Shown here in pieces: positions 45,744 to 54,969 of a DNA stretch of 64,000 nucleotides. A program made the position numbers and the translations under genes. A model generated the notes under the pieces. The model ran no database searches. It saw nothing but the letters and a program-made list of their open reading frames with translations, and was not told where the DNA came from. Each line of letters begins with the position of its first letter. The first letter of the stretch is position 1. Source of the stretch: Mageeibacillus sp. UBA5438 (GTDB lineage: Bacteria; Bacillota; Clostridia; Saccharofermentanales; DTU023); the NCBI GenBank assembly GCA_002427535.1, contig DIRK01000058.1, positions 811-64,810 on the forward strand, written 5' to 3'.

Positions 45744-48573
45744 CCGCCTGTTCCTCCTTCATCGCAAAGAGTTCGATGGTGTCACCCACTTTGATGTCGT
45801 TAAAGCGCTCAAGGCTCAAACCGCATTCATAACCGGCCTGGACTTCCCGGACGTCGTCTTTGAAACGACGAAGTGAGGCAAGCTTTGTTTCGTAAATGAC
45901 TACGCCGTCACGCAAGAGGCGTGCGCCGTCGTTGCGGTTGACCCGCCCGTCTGTCACATAACAGCCGGCAATCGTTCCCACGCTCGAAGCGTGGAAGACG
46001 TCGCGCACTTCAATGTGGCCGACAATGACTTCCTTCATGACGGGGCCCAAGAGGCCGCGCATGGCACGCTCCACCTGCTCAATCGCCTCGTAGATGACGC
46101 GGTAGAGGTGGATGTCGATGTTGGAGTCCTGGGCGACCTGTGTGGCGGTTGCGGCCGGCCTTACGTTAAAGCCGATGATGATGGCGTCCGCGACTTCCGC
46201 CAAGCGGATATCGGATTCGGTGATAGCCCCGACCGCTCCGTGGATCACTTTGACACGGATCTTGTCGGTCGAAAGATTTTCCATGGAGGAGGTCATCGCT
46301 TCAACAGAGCCCTGGGCGTCTGCCTTGATGATGATGTTGAGGTCGACGGTTTCCTCGTCGCCCATGCGTTCAAACAAGGTATCAAGTGACATACGCGATG
46401 ACTGGCGAAGCGCTGATTCGCGCTCTTCCGTACGGCGTTTGTCAACGAGATCGCGAGCGATGCGCTCGTTTTCTACCTGGTAGAGGATGTCCCCGCCTTC
46501 AGGCACATCGGCTAAACCGATAATTTCAACAGGCATGGAAGGTCCTGCCTCTTCAATCTGCTGTCCGCGGTCGTTGTACATGACGCGGATGCGTCCGACG
46601 GTACTGCCGACCACGACGGCGTCGCCTTGTTTCAGGGTGCCGCGTTGGATCAGGATGGTCGCAAGCGGACCTCTTGAGGTATCGAGTTTCGCCTCGATGA
46701 CCGTCCCCTTTGCCTGACGCTTGGGGTTGGCGCGCAGATCGAGCACGTCGGCGGTCAGAAGGATCATCTCTAACAATTCATCCATATTTTCGCCCGTCTT
46801 AGCGGAGACAGGAACGATGGTCGTCTGCCCGCCCCAGTCGGAACCGAGCAAGCCGTATTGCGACAGCTCGCGTTTGACGCGTTCGACGTCGCCTTGCGGT
46901 TTGTCTATTTTGTTGATCGCGACAATGATTTCTGTATTGGCCGCGCGCGCGTGGTTAATCGCTTCCACCGTCTGCGGCATGACACCGTCGTCGGCCGCGA
47001 CGACCAGAATGGCGATGTCGGTCACCTGCGCACCTCTGGCGCGTAGCGTTGTAAAGGCTTCATGGCCCGGTGTATCGAGGAAGGTGATCTGTCTTCCGTC
47101 CACTTTTACCGAATAGGCGCCGATATGCTGGGTAATGCCGCCGGCTTCACCTTCAGTGACGGATGATTTGCGGATGTAGTCGAGAATCGAGGTCTTGCCG
47201 TGGTCGACGTGACCCATGACTACGACGACCGGCGGGCGTGAGATAAGATCTTCTTCCTTGTCCTCCGCGTCGTCAAAGAGGATGTCCTCTTCGGTGACTT
47301 CGACCAGTTTTTCACTCGTAATGCCAAATTCGGCGACAATGATTTCAGCAGTGTCGTAGTCGATTTCCTGATTGATCGTCGCCATCACGCCGAGAGCCAT
47401 CAGTTTCATGATGACGTCGGCGGTTGTTTTCTTGATTGCTTCTGCTAATTCTTTGACGGTCAGCTGAGACGGGAGTGTCACTTTTGTCAACTGAGCGACG
47501 GGACGCTTCGGTGCTTCCGCCACGGGTTCAGGTGCGCGTGAACGGCGCCTTCTTGACGAGCGGTCTGCCTGGGTCTGCTGTTCTCTGCGTCCGCGGTCTC
47601 GACTGTTGTCTGCGCGGCTCCGATCGCGTCCTTTTTGAGTGCGCCTGGTTGAGGCACCCGGTTTTTGGGCCGGAGTCTCAAATACGGGCGGCGCCTCTTG
47701 AGGTACCACGGGTTGCGGGCGGCTTTGCGCAGGTCTCGGCGGTCGTTTATCTTCGCGGGGAGGCGCGGGTCTTCGCGTTTGTCGTTCACGCTCCACTGCG
47801 GGCACGTCGCGATCGCTTCCGACATAGCTTCCGCGCTGCGCGCGAAGCGGACGTCCGTCTTCGGTTGTCAACGGACGCGCCGTAGCGGGCGTCGGTGATA
47901 CCACCACAGGTGTCGGTTTTGTGATCTGTTCAGTTAAGGGGAGCGAACGCTCTGCCACGCTCAAGGGTTCACGTTTTGTGATTTCTTTTTTCCTGACTTT
48001 GGGTTCAGGTTTTTTGGCCGCGGGCACAATCGGTTCAGGTTTCTTTTCCTTTTTAACGACTTCCTTTTTGACAGGTTTTTCGACCACTGTCTCTGCCGCC
48101 TTCGGCTTCGGAGCCGCTTCTTTAACCGGTTTTTCCGCTTTTTTAGTCACGGCCACCTTTTCAAGTTTTGTCTCAACCGCGGGGATTTCCTTTTCAACAG
48201 GAGCCTCGATTACCTCAGCCTTGACCTCGACTTTGACCGGTTCCGGTTCAGGCAGGGGTTCAGGCTCCGGATCAGGCACTGTTTCTAATTTAGGGGCAGC
48301 CTTTGGTTTTTTGACAATTTTTATGAGCCCCGGGATGACTTTACCCGAGATGCCCTGAATATCAATGGTTGACGGCTCGGGAAGATCTTTCAATTCCTGA
48401 TCCGGTTCGGGAATCGCTTGTTCCGATTCCGCATCAGGTACAAGCGGAACGACAGGCTCCTCAACTTCCGGAACAAAATCGATTTCGTCGAAAATTTTGT
48501 CCTTCTTTCGCGCTTCGTCTTCCGTTATAAATCCTGACATGAGCCCTGAATTTGCTTCTTCTCTTTTCGCCAT
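45736..48573 (-). CDS. infB: translation initiation factor IF-2
   Basis: G-domain motifs [21 protein letters not shown]. Long Pro/Lys/Glu-rich N-terminal region. Start MAKREE at 48573 lies 7 nt after the ylxR stop; the listed 48606 overlaps it. Confidence 0.92.
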   Translation of the reverse strand: MAKREEANSGLMSGFITEDEARKKDKIFDEIDFVPEVEEPVVPLVPDAESEQAIPEPDQELKDLPEPSTIDIQGISGKVIPGLIKIVKKPKAAPKLETVPDPEPEPLPEPEPVKVEVKAEVIEAPVEKEIPAVETKLEKVAVTKKAEKPVKEAAPKPKAAETVVEKPVKKEVVKKEKKPEPIVPAAKKPEPKVRKKEITKREPLSVAERSLPLTEQITKPTPVVVSPTPATARPLTTEDGRPLRAQRGSYVGSDRDVPAVERERQTRRPAPPREDKRPPRPAQSRPQPVVPQEAPPVFETPAQKPGASTRRTQKGRDRSRADNSRDRGRREQQTQADRSSRRRRSRAPEPVAEAPKRPVAQLTKVTLPSQLTVKELAEAIKKTTADVIMKLMALGVMATINQEIDYDTAEIIVAEFGITSEKLVEVTEEDILFDDAEDKEEDLISRPPVVVVMGHVDHGKTSILDYIRKSSVTEGEAGGITQHIGAYSVKVDGRQITFLDTPGHEAFTTLRARGAQVTDIAILVVAADDGVMPQTVEAINHARAANTEIIVAINKIDKPQGDVERVKRELSQYGLLGSDWGGQTTIVPVSAKTGENMDELLEMILLTADVLDLRANPKRQAKGTVIEAKLDTSRGPLATILIQRGTLKQGDAVVVGSTVGRIRVMYNDRGQQIEEAGPSMPVEIIGLADVPEGGDILYQVENERIARDLVDKRRTEERESALRQSSRMSLDTLFERMGDEETVDLNIIIKADAQGSVEAMTSSMENLSTDKIRVKVIHGAVGAITESDIRLAEVADAIIIGFNVRPAATATQVAQDSNIDIHLYRVIYEAIEQVERAMRGLLGPVMKEVIVGHIEVRDVFHASSVGTIAGCYVTDGRVNRNDGARLLRDGVVIYETKLASLRRFKDDVREVQAGYECGLSLERFNDIKVGDTIELFAMKEEQADA

Positions 48574-48580
48574 GCTCAGC

Positions 48581-48859
48581 TCATTCCTCCCGTTTGGCGG
48601 TGGCATCTTCCACCGCTTTTTCTAGTTCAATCCAAATCGGCTGCGGCACCGGACGCTTTAGCGCGCGTTCGAGCGACTGCCTTTTTTTTGCTTTCTCGAC
48701 GCATTCCTTCTTATAGCAAAGGTAGGCGCCACGCCCTTGTCCCTTGTGGTTCCGGTCGAAGATAACTCCTTCAACGCCGTCTGTCGCGATGCGCATAAGC
48801 TGCTTTTGAGGGGCAGCATTCCGGCACCCGACACAGGTTCTTTCGGGCTCTTTTCTCAC
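48581..48859 (-). CDS. ylxR: YlxR/RnpM family (DUF448) RNA-binding protein
   Basis: 92 aa with [11 protein letters not shown]...GRGAYLC motif. Between nusA and infB. Confidence 0.85.
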   Translation of the reverse strand: MRKEPERTCVGCRNAAPQKQLMRIATDGVEGVIFDRNHKGQGRGAYLCYKKECVEKAKKRQSLERALKRPVPQPIWIELEKAVEDATAKREE

Positions 48860-48862
48860 GTT

Positions 48863-50173
48863 TTACGCCTCCGGCTCTTCCTCTGCCAACAAATCGATCG
48901 TGTCTTCCAGTTGGCCGAGGTAGTCTTCGGCGGATACTTCTTCAATCGCGGGAAGTTCTGTTTCCACTTCCTCATCTTCGATGTTGTCGTCCCATTCTCC
49001 GCGTTCTGCCTCATCGGCGGCTACGGCTTCGTCGAAGTCTGACATCCAGACGGCTTCCAGCATCTCGCGATACTGCGCTTCGCTCTTGATATCGATTTTC
49101 CATTCGGTCAGCTTGGCGGCCAGGCGGGCGTTTTGCCCTTCCTTCCCGATGGCTAGCGACAGCTGGTGGTCGGCGACGACCACGCGGGCGCTTTGGTCTT
49201 CTTCGTTCAGGATGACGCGTATAACGCGCGCGGGTGACAGGGCGCTGCTGATGAATTCCGTGATATCCGGATTCCACTCGATGATGTCGATTTTCTCACC
49301 GTTCAGCTCCGTGATCACGGACTGTACGCGTGTTCCGCGCTGCCCCACGCAGGCGCCGACCGCGTCGATGCTTGCGTCGTGGCTCATGACGGCCATCTTG
49401 GTGCGGGAGCCGGCTTCGCGCGCGATGTTGACAATTTCAACGATGCCCGCGCCGATCTCAGGCACTTCCTGTTCGAACAGGCGTCTCACAAGGCCCGGGT
49501 GGCTCCTTGAGATCATGATGATCGGGCGGTGGTCGCGCTGGTCGACCTTCATGATGTAAAAGCGCATATGCTTTTTAAAGGTGTAGTTATCGAGGCGCGA
49601 TTGCTGGCTGTAGGGCAGGACAGCCTGTGCGCGTCCGATGTCCACCAACACTTCGTTTCGGTCTCTTCTTTGGACCACGCCGCTTGCAAGCCCGCCGACG
49701 CGTTCTGAAAATTCTTCATGTATGCGAAGTTTCTCGGCCTGCGCGAGTTTTTGGTTAATGACACTTTTGGCGGTCTGTGCGGCTAAACGCCCGAAATGCG
49801 CCGGATCCACTTCGCGTACGAGTTGGTCTCCGAGCTCCAAATCGTCGGACAGGGCTTGGGCCTGTTCCAATGACAATTCACTGTTGGGGTCGCGTACTTC
49901 CTCAACCACGGTCATGGGCTGGTATACCCTCATCTCGCCTGTGCGGCGGTCAATATGCGCCGTGATGCCATCGTTTTCGACCGGTTTAGGCTCTGTCTCC
50001 TGCGTGGGCATGCCCTCGCGTTCACGGCCTTTTTCGCGGTCTTTGGAGCGGATTTCAAACTCGCGGCGATACGCTGCGACAAGCGCGTCTTCAATCGCTT
50101 CTACGAGCGTCTCCATCTCGACGCCGCGTTCTTTTTCCAAAAGCCTTAGAGCTTCAATAAATTCTTGGTTCAT
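48863..50173 (-). CDS. nusA: transcription termination/antitermination factor NusA
   Basis: N-terminal domain, S1 and two KH domains (..GQRGTRVQSV.., ..AIGKEGQNARLAAKLT..). Acidic C-terminal tail. Confidence 0.93.
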   Translation of the reverse strand: MNQEFIEALRLLEKERGVEMETLVEAIEDALVAAYRREFEIRSKDREKGREREGMPTQETEPKPVENDGITAHIDRRTGEMRVYQPMTVVEEVRDPNSELSLEQAQALSDDLELGDQLVREVDPAHFGRLAAQTAKSVINQKLAQAEKLRIHEEFSERVGGLASGVVQRRDRNEVLVDIGRAQAVLPYSQQSRLDNYTFKKHMRFYIMKVDQRDHRPIIMISRSHPGLVRRLFEQEVPEIGAGIVEIVNIAREAGSRTKMAVMSHDASIDAVGACVGQRGTRVQSVITELNGEKIDIIEWNPDITEFISSALSPARVIRVILNEEDQSARVVVADHQLSLAIGKEGQNARLAAKLTEWKIDIKSEAQYREMLEAVWMSDFDEAVAADEAERGEWDDNIEDEEVETELPAIEEVSAEDYLGQLEDTIDLLAEEEPEA

Positions 50174-50194
50174 TTGTTCTCCTTATCGAACTCA

Positions 50195-50659
50195 TTAAAA
50201 GACAATTTCACGCTTCACACTGGCGATCTCTGTAAAGGGAAAAAGTTTCTTTTCGCCTTCTTCAGTTTCAACGCCAACCGACTCCCCGTCGACCAAAAGT
50301 TTCCCGAAGAATCGCTTCTCCCCTTCAACTGCCTTGTACAGGCTCACACGTGCCCACTCGCCTTCATGGCGCAGGCAGTCCTCTAAGGTGCTAAGCGGGC
50401 GGTCGAGTCCGGGCGATGAGACTTCGAATACATCAAAGTCATCGAGCCCCAGTTCATCTGAAATGAGGGGGTCGGCGATTTCACTCAAGCGTTCACAATC
50501 GTCTATCCCCACGCCGCCTTTTTTATCAATGATGAGGCGCAGCACAGTACGTCCGCTTTCGTGCACGTAGCGGGCTTCCAAAAGCGCAAGCTCAAGTGAC
50601 TCCGCCAACGGTGCGACGGCATCCTCAATCAGTCGTTTATTTTGTTTGACTGTACTCAT
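50195..50659 (-). CDS. rimP: ribosome maturation factor RimP
   Basis: 154 aa with ..LRLIIDKKGGVGIDDCERLSE...EVSSPGLDRPL.. First gene of the nusA operon. Confidence 0.9.
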   Translation of the reverse strand: MSTVKQNKRLIEDAVAPLAESLELALLEARYVHESGRTVLRLIIDKKGGVGIDDCERLSEIADPLISDELGLDDFDVFEVSSPGLDRPLSTLEDCLRHEGEWARVSLYKAVEGEKRFFGKLLVDGESVGVETEEGEKKLFPFTEIASVKREIVF

Positions 50660-50684
50660 CTAAAACCTCAAGTCAAAGTCTTAC

Positions 50685-50717
50685 GACGAAAAGAGCGGGA
50701 CACCCCGCTCTTTTTCT
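50685..50717 (-). promoter_or_regulatory. leader hairpin with short U-tract upstream of rimP (candidate attenuator/terminator)
   Basis: 8-bp GC-rich stem AGAGCGGG/CCCGCTCT (50692-50711) with a 4-nt loop. Followed on the minus strand by UUUUCGUCG, ~30 nt upstream of the rimP ATG. Followed on the plus strand by TTTTTCT. Confidence 0.4.
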
Positions 50718-50882
50718 ACAAAATTCGCCGTGAACCCATTATATATGCCTTTAGGGGATGGGTCAAGGATCCGCAACCTTGATCAATGTCTCATTTATGG
50801 TACCTCTCCACCCTCCTTCTTGTGAAATGATACATCTATGATACCTTGCCGCTGTAATGACTTTACCCACAGGAGGTGCAAG

Positions 50883-52262
50883 ATGCCTGATCCGGCGGAT
50901 ACAACAAAGAAGTGGCGGCAAAACCTCATTGAACGCATCATTCAGGCGCGGACGGAGCAAAAAATGACGCAGGCGCAGCTTGCCCAAATGGTGGGCACGC
51001 AACGTTCTAACATCTCCCGGCTGGAGAGCGGTACGCACAACCCTTCCCTCGATTTCCTGTTGAATGTCGCGAACGCGTTGTCTTTGGAGCTGGATTTGAT
51101 TCCAAGGGTCAGGGAAGATTGGAAGGCGACGGAAAATCTTTACGAACTTCGGCTTTATGACCGCGCTTTGCTGGAGTTTAAGTTGGAGGAACGAGGTGTC
51201 AGTCTGGTGGTAGAGATCACGGAGATACTGAGTCGGGATCCGCATTTATTTCCTCTCGATCTAAGGCTTACGGATGAAGGCGTATTGAGTTGGCTTAGGC
51301 ATCGGGTGATCCCCAAAAACCGTGCCTTTGTGGAAGAAATATTGAAAACGCTTGGGCTTTCGGTAGGAAACACGAAGGGGATTATCGACGTATGCAAGGG
51401 ATTATCGCTTAACGATAGTTTTTGGGTGGTTCCTCGAGGTTTCCCCGGACGTTTTTCACAGTACAATCTGTATGAAAATGAGTTTTCTGAAATACTCTCA
51501 CGGGTAGCGTACACAGGTATTGCACGGAGCAACCCCGCTTTTACCACCTCTCCAGAGCTGACCACAGGAGGGATGCTGCCCAAGGCATGGCATCGCGTGG
51601 CAGAGGGTGACATTTATTTGTACAAGGGTGCTAGCGGAGCTGCCAACACGGGCAATGAACCGTACAGCGAATTCTACGCCTGTCAGATCGCGCAAGCGAT
51701 GGGATTGAATGCTATTTTTTATGATCTCGAATACTGGAAGGATATTCTTGCCTCCAAATGCAAACTGTTCACCGACATTGACACCGCCTTTATCGCGATC
51801 GGCCAATTGGGACCCACAGGAGGTTTGCAAGCTTGCTTGGATTACTACGCGGCTTTGGGCGACGATTTCTCAGAAGCGCTGCACAGTATGCTGGTGTTTG
51901 ATGCCGTGATCTACAACGAAGATCGGCATTTTGGTAACTTTGGTATTCTGCGTGACAATCTTTCGGGGGCGATCATCTCCCCGGCCCCCATCTATGACAA
52001 CGGACTCTCCCTTTTTAACTACGCGATGCCGGATGATATTTTGCATTTGGATGAGTATGCGAAAACACGTTTTCCGGCCTATGGCGATATTTCGTTTGAA
52101 CGCATCTGCTCCGAAGTGATGGGCAAGCTACAGGCCGAGCAACTTCGCGGTCTTATCGGATTCAAATTCAGACGACATCCGTCGATCAATTGGCCCGAAG
52201 CACGGCTACAAGCCATTGAAAAACATATTCAGCGCCGTGTCAGGCAGCTTTTGGGACTTTAA
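50883..52262 (+). CDS. XRE-type HTH fused to HipA-like Ser/Thr kinase (HipH/YjjJ-like architecture)
   Basis: ATG at 50883 preceded by AGGAGG. HTH MTQAQLAQMVGTQRSNISRLESG. Kinase Gly-rich loop TTGGMLPKAW, catalytic NEDRHFGNFG, Mg site PIYDNG. No separate antitoxin ORF adjacent. Confidence 0.8.
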   Translation: MPDPADTTKKWRQNLIERIIQARTEQKMTQAQLAQMVGTQRSNISRLESGTHNPSLDFLLNVANALSLELDLIPRVREDWKATENLYELRLYDRALLEFKLEERGVSLVVEITEILSRDPHLFPLDLRLTDEGVLSWLRHRVIPKNRAFVEEILKTLGLSVGNTKGIIDVCKGLSLNDSFWVVPRGFPGRFSQYNLYENEFSEILSRVAYTGIARSNPAFTTSPELTTGGMLPKAWHRVAEGDIYLYKGASGAANTGNEPYSEFYACQIAQAMGLNAIFYDLEYWKDILASKCKLFTDIDTAFIAIGQLGPTGGLQACLDYYAALGDDFSEALHSMLVFDAVIYNEDRHFGNFGILRDNLSGAIISPAPIYDNGLSLFNYAMPDDILHLDEYAKTRFPAYGDISFERICSEVMGKLQAEQLRGLIGFKFRRHPSINWPEARLQAIEKHIQRRVRQLLGL

Positions 52263-52269
52263 GGGTAAT

Positions 52270-52346
52270 TGGTGCGCCAGAAGGGATTCGAACCCCCGGC
52301 CCCTTCCTTAGGAGGGAAGTGCTCTATCCAGCTGAGCTACTGGCGC
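52270..52346 (-). tRNA. tRNA-Arg (anticodon CCT)
   Basis: Reverse complement folds as a cloverleaf: GCGCCAG-TA-GCTC..GAGC-A-CTTCC-CTCCTAA-GGAAG-GGGCC-GGGGG-TTCGAAT-CCCTT-CTGGCGC-A-CCA. Encoded CCA end. Confidence 0.85.
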
Positions 52347-52371
52347 ATGCGGTCGGATTGCTTTCGACAGT

Positions 52372-52409
52372 ATAACAAAAAACGGCCCCGGTTGTGCCGG
52401 AGCCGTTTT
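52372..52409 (-). terminator. rho-independent (bidirectional-looking) terminator after the permease gene
   Basis: AAAACGGCCCCGG-ttgtg-CCGGAGCCGTTTT with one mismatch. U-runs follow on both strands. Lies between the permease stop (52442) and the tRNA. Confidence 0.6.
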
Positions 52410-52441
52410 GTGATCCTAGGATCGTTAGACTAAAGATTCGC

Positions 52442-53797
52442 TTACTCGGCGAGGACTTCCTCGTCGTCTGCTACAAACTCATAGTCTTTACCGGGCAGGA
52501 CGGCATTCAGCAGGATACCGATGATCGCCGCGATGGCAAGGCCGGAGAAGCTGATGACTGCGTCGCCCACTGGGAAGTGCAAGCCGCCGATGAACTCAAA
52601 GCCGAGGCCTGAAACGAGGATCATAGCCGCGACCACGAGGTTACGGGTTTTCGTCAGGTCAACTTTGTTCTCAACCATGTTGCGGACACCGATGGCGGAA
52701 ATCATACCATAAAGGATGAAGGATACGCCGCCGATGACAACGGCCGGAATGGATCCGATAGCGCCTTCCACAACGGGGAAGAAGCTTGCGATAATCGCCA
52801 TGACCGCCGCGATCTGCATGACTCTCGGGTCATAAACGCGTGTCAGGACGAGAACGCCTGTGTTCTCACCATAGGTGGTGTTCGCGGGGCCGCCGACGGC
52901 GGACGCCAAGCTGGTCGCAAGGCCATCACCTATCAGAGTTCTGTGGAGGCCGGGTTTCGCGATCAGGTTTTTGCCGATGGTCGCGGAGATCGCGGAGACG
53001 TCCCCGACGTGCTCCATCATCGTAGCGAGCGCAATGGGCACAATCGTGATAATCGCGCCTGCCTCAAATTTCATAAAACGGTCTGCCTTGATCGGAATGT
53101 CAATGATGCCCGCGCCTGAAAGGCCGGAGAAGTCAACAATACCAAAGATCAGTGCCAAGACATAGCCGACGATGACACCCATCAGGATGGGGACGATCTT
53201 CAGCATGCCTCTGCCCCAGAGGTTGCAGACGACAATGGTGGCGATGGCGGCAAGCGCGATCAGCCAGTTGACGCCTGCGGGCAGGGTCGCACCATCTTTA
53301 ACGCGGACAAGTGTGTCCATAATTCCGCCTGAGCCCGGACCACCGAGCGCGGCCGGTGACAGAATAAGACCAATCAGAATAATGACGGGGCCTGTCACGA
53401 CGGGCGGGAAGAAGCGCATGACGCGTTTGGGGCCGATCACTTTGATCAGGCCGGCCACGGCAACATACACAAAACCAGCGACAAATACACCACCACATGC
53501 GTAGGGCAGTCTTGCCGGGTCGCCGCCGGACACAATGTTATAACCGGCGATAAAAGCAAACGACGATCCCAGGAAGGCAGGAACCTTTCCTCCCGTGATC
53601 ACATGAAACAATAATGTCCCGATACCGGCCATCAGTAGCGCGGTGGAGACATTAAGACCTGTCAGAATGGGGACCAAAATAGTAGCTCCGAACATCGCGA
53701 ACAGATGCTGTACACCCAGCACCAACGCTCTCGGAGCGCCCAGCTCTCTGACATCATAGATGGGCTCTGTGCCCAGCTTTGATTTCTCTTTTGCCAT
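52442..53797 (-). CDS. NCS2 family nucleobase (uracil/xanthine) permease
   Basis: LGVQHLFAMFGATILVP and YGENTGVLVLTRV motifs. Start MAKEKSK at 53797 with AGAGGAG upstream. Confidence 0.88.
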   Translation of the reverse strand: MAKEKSKLGTEPIYDVRELGAPRALVLGVQHLFAMFGATILVPILTGLNVSTALLMAGIGTLLFHVITGGKVPAFLGSSFAFIAGYNIVSGGDPARLPYACGGVFVAGFVYVAVAGLIKVIGPKRVMRFFPPVVTGPVIILIGLILSPAALGGPGSGGIMDTLVRVKDGATLPAGVNWLIALAAIATIVVCNLWGRGMLKIVPILMGVIVGYVLALIFGIVDFSGLSGAGIIDIPIKADRFMKFEAGAIITIVPIALATMMEHVGDVSAISATIGKNLIAKPGLHRTLIGDGLATSLASAVGGPANTTYGENTGVLVLTRVYDPRVMQIAAVMAIIASFFPVVEGAIGSIPAVVIGGVSFILYGMISAIGVRNMVENKVDLTKTRNLVVAAMILVSGLGFEFIGGLHFPVGDAVISFSGLAIAAIIGILLNAVLPGKDYEFVADDEEVLAE

Positions 53798-53813
53798 TCG
53801 TTCATCTCCTCTC

Positions 53814-53893
53814 ATAATAAGTCGTTTCCCTTCACGTAAAGGCAAAATCCACTTTGCAATTGTGGCGCCCAACGATTCAGGTTTCTTATTATT
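53814..53893 (-). promoter_or_regulatory. candidate structured 5' leader element (three-way-junction-like) abutting the permease RBS
   Basis: Minus strand: AAUAAUAAG..(CCAC-aauugcaaa-GUGG)..(CCUU-uacgug-AAGG)..CUUAUUAU, followed directly by GAGAGGAG and the ATG. Does not match the purine riboswitch consensus as I remember it. Confidence 0.25.
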
Positions 53894-53967
53894 TTACACA
53901 AATGCTACCACAGCATACCCTGCATTGCATTAGCAATTTTTACAGGTTCAGCTGTTTATTGCCCTCC

Positions 53968-53995
53968 ATTATAGCGGAAATGTGGCGGAAATCAA
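53968..53995 (-). promoter_or_regulatory. candidate sigma70-type promoter for the permease
   Basis: Minus strand: TTGATT (complement 53990-53995), 16 nt, TATAAT (complement 53968-53973). Implies a ~160-nt 5' UTR. Confidence 0.45.
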
Positions 53996-54065
53996 AAGAT
54001 ATCCCGCCTGTTTTTGTTGCACAGACACAAATCTATATCCGTTTTTTGTCCGCTGTGAGGCCGCA

Positions 54066-54108
54066 TGAAAAAAGAATAAAAAATACCCCGCGTCTTTTCG
54101 ACGCGGGG
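54066..54108 (-). terminator. rho-independent terminator after the cyclase-family gene
   Basis: 9-bp stem CCCCGCGTC/GACGCGGGG (54086-54108) with a 5-nt loop. Followed on the minus strand by a U-rich tract (TATTTTTTATTCTTTTTT). Confidence 0.75.
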
Positions 54109-54119
54109 CAGAAAGTGCA

Positions 54120-54917
54120 TTAGTCGATTTCTTCGAAAGCGACACAGCGGCAGAACGCTGACTCACCGTACTGGAACTTCCAGGGGAAGGTGCCGAGGAT
54201 GAGGCGCTTGTTCAGGACCTTGTCAATCTCGCCGCCGACGTTCTCAACGTGAATGATCTCGTCAGGCTGCGGGAAGAGCATCAGGTGCATCGCCTGATAG
54301 GTCTCAGGCCAGGGGTACAGCTCATTCAGGCTCTTACCGTACTTCTCTTGCATGTACGCGTCACAGGCAGCCGCCTCCTGGGGCTCCCAGTCACGAATCT
54401 TGGTGTTCATCGGGTGGTCTGCTGATCCGCAGTCAACGGCGATGTACTTGATCTCCATCTCCTTTAGCCATGCGGGGAAATCCATTGAGGGGCCCGGGTG
54501 GCGGAGCATGTAGCGGCGCTCGTCCGCTTCCGGCTGATCGAAGCCATACTTGTGATAGCCCGTGTTGATGAAGAGGATATCGCCCTTTTTCACTTCCACG
54601 CGATCCATAATGTCTTGCGGTGTGTAAATGGAGAAATCCTCCGTGATGTCGGAGATATCGGCAACAACACCGGGTCCCACGAGCATGTCCATCTCAAGTG
54701 AAGCGATGTCACGGCCTGATGTATCAAAGTGCAGCGGGCCGTCAAGATGCGTACCGACATGGTTAGAAGTCGTAATCAGCATCCCGTTCGCGCCGTTCGG
54801 TGAAAGGCGTTTGAAAAATTTTACCTGCAGCGGCTCATAGGTCGGCCACGGCGGGGTCAAATGGCTTGTGTTCTGTGTAAGGTCGTACACCTTAATTTTG
54901 TCCCAGTTTTTAATCAT
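54120..54917 (-). CDS. putative cyclase family metal-dependent amidohydrolase (kynurenine-formamidase-like)
   Basis: HxGTHxDxPxH motif (NHVGTHLDGPLHF). Start MIKNWDK at 54917 with GGGAGGAA upstream. Confidence 0.75.
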   Translation of the reverse strand: MIKNWDKIKVYDLTQNTSHLTPPWPTYEPLQVKFFKRLSPNGANGMLITTSNHVGTHLDGPLHFDTSGRDIASLEMDMLVGPGVVADISDITEDFSIYTPQDIMDRVEVKKGDILFINTGYHKYGFDQPEADERRYMLRHPGPSMDFPAWLKEMEIKYIAVDCGSADHPMNTKIRDWEPQEAAACDAYMQEKYGKSLNELYPWPETYQAMHLMLFPQPDEIIHVENVGGEIDKVLNKRLILGTFPWKFQYGESAFCRCVAFEEID

Positions 54918-54969
54918 ATTGTTTTGTTCCTCCCATTTTCTATGACTGGTAGTTTCTATTATAGCGCTA

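Noticed and set aside
47880-48420. Repetitive PEPEP / KKPE / VKKE-type periodicity in DNA and protein.
   Set aside because: It lies in the N-terminal low-complexity region of IF-2, which is typically Pro/Lys/Glu/Ala-rich and variable. It is not an independent repeat element.
50721-50745. Possible att-like direct repeat of the tRNA-Arg 3' end (aaattcgccgtgaaccc versus ggattcgaaccccc) on the far side of the hipA-like gene.
   Set aside because: Only two short blocks (attcg, gaaccc) match, interrupted by a 4-nt insertion. That is too weak to call an attachment site, and no integrase is present.
50763-51245. 160-aa minus-strand ORF overlapping the start of the HTH-HipA gene.
   Set aside because: It is antisense to the well-supported XRE HTH coding region, has no RBS or recognisable motif, and has odd composition. 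It is most likely spurious.
53814-53893. Canonical guanine/adenine (purine) riboswitch upstream of the nucleobase permease.
   Set aside because: The three-helix shape is suggestive. However, the conserved junction and loop sequences as I remember them (UAUAAU.., ..UAUGG.., ..CUACC.., ..CCGACUAU) are absent. I kept it only as an unclassified structured-leader candidate.
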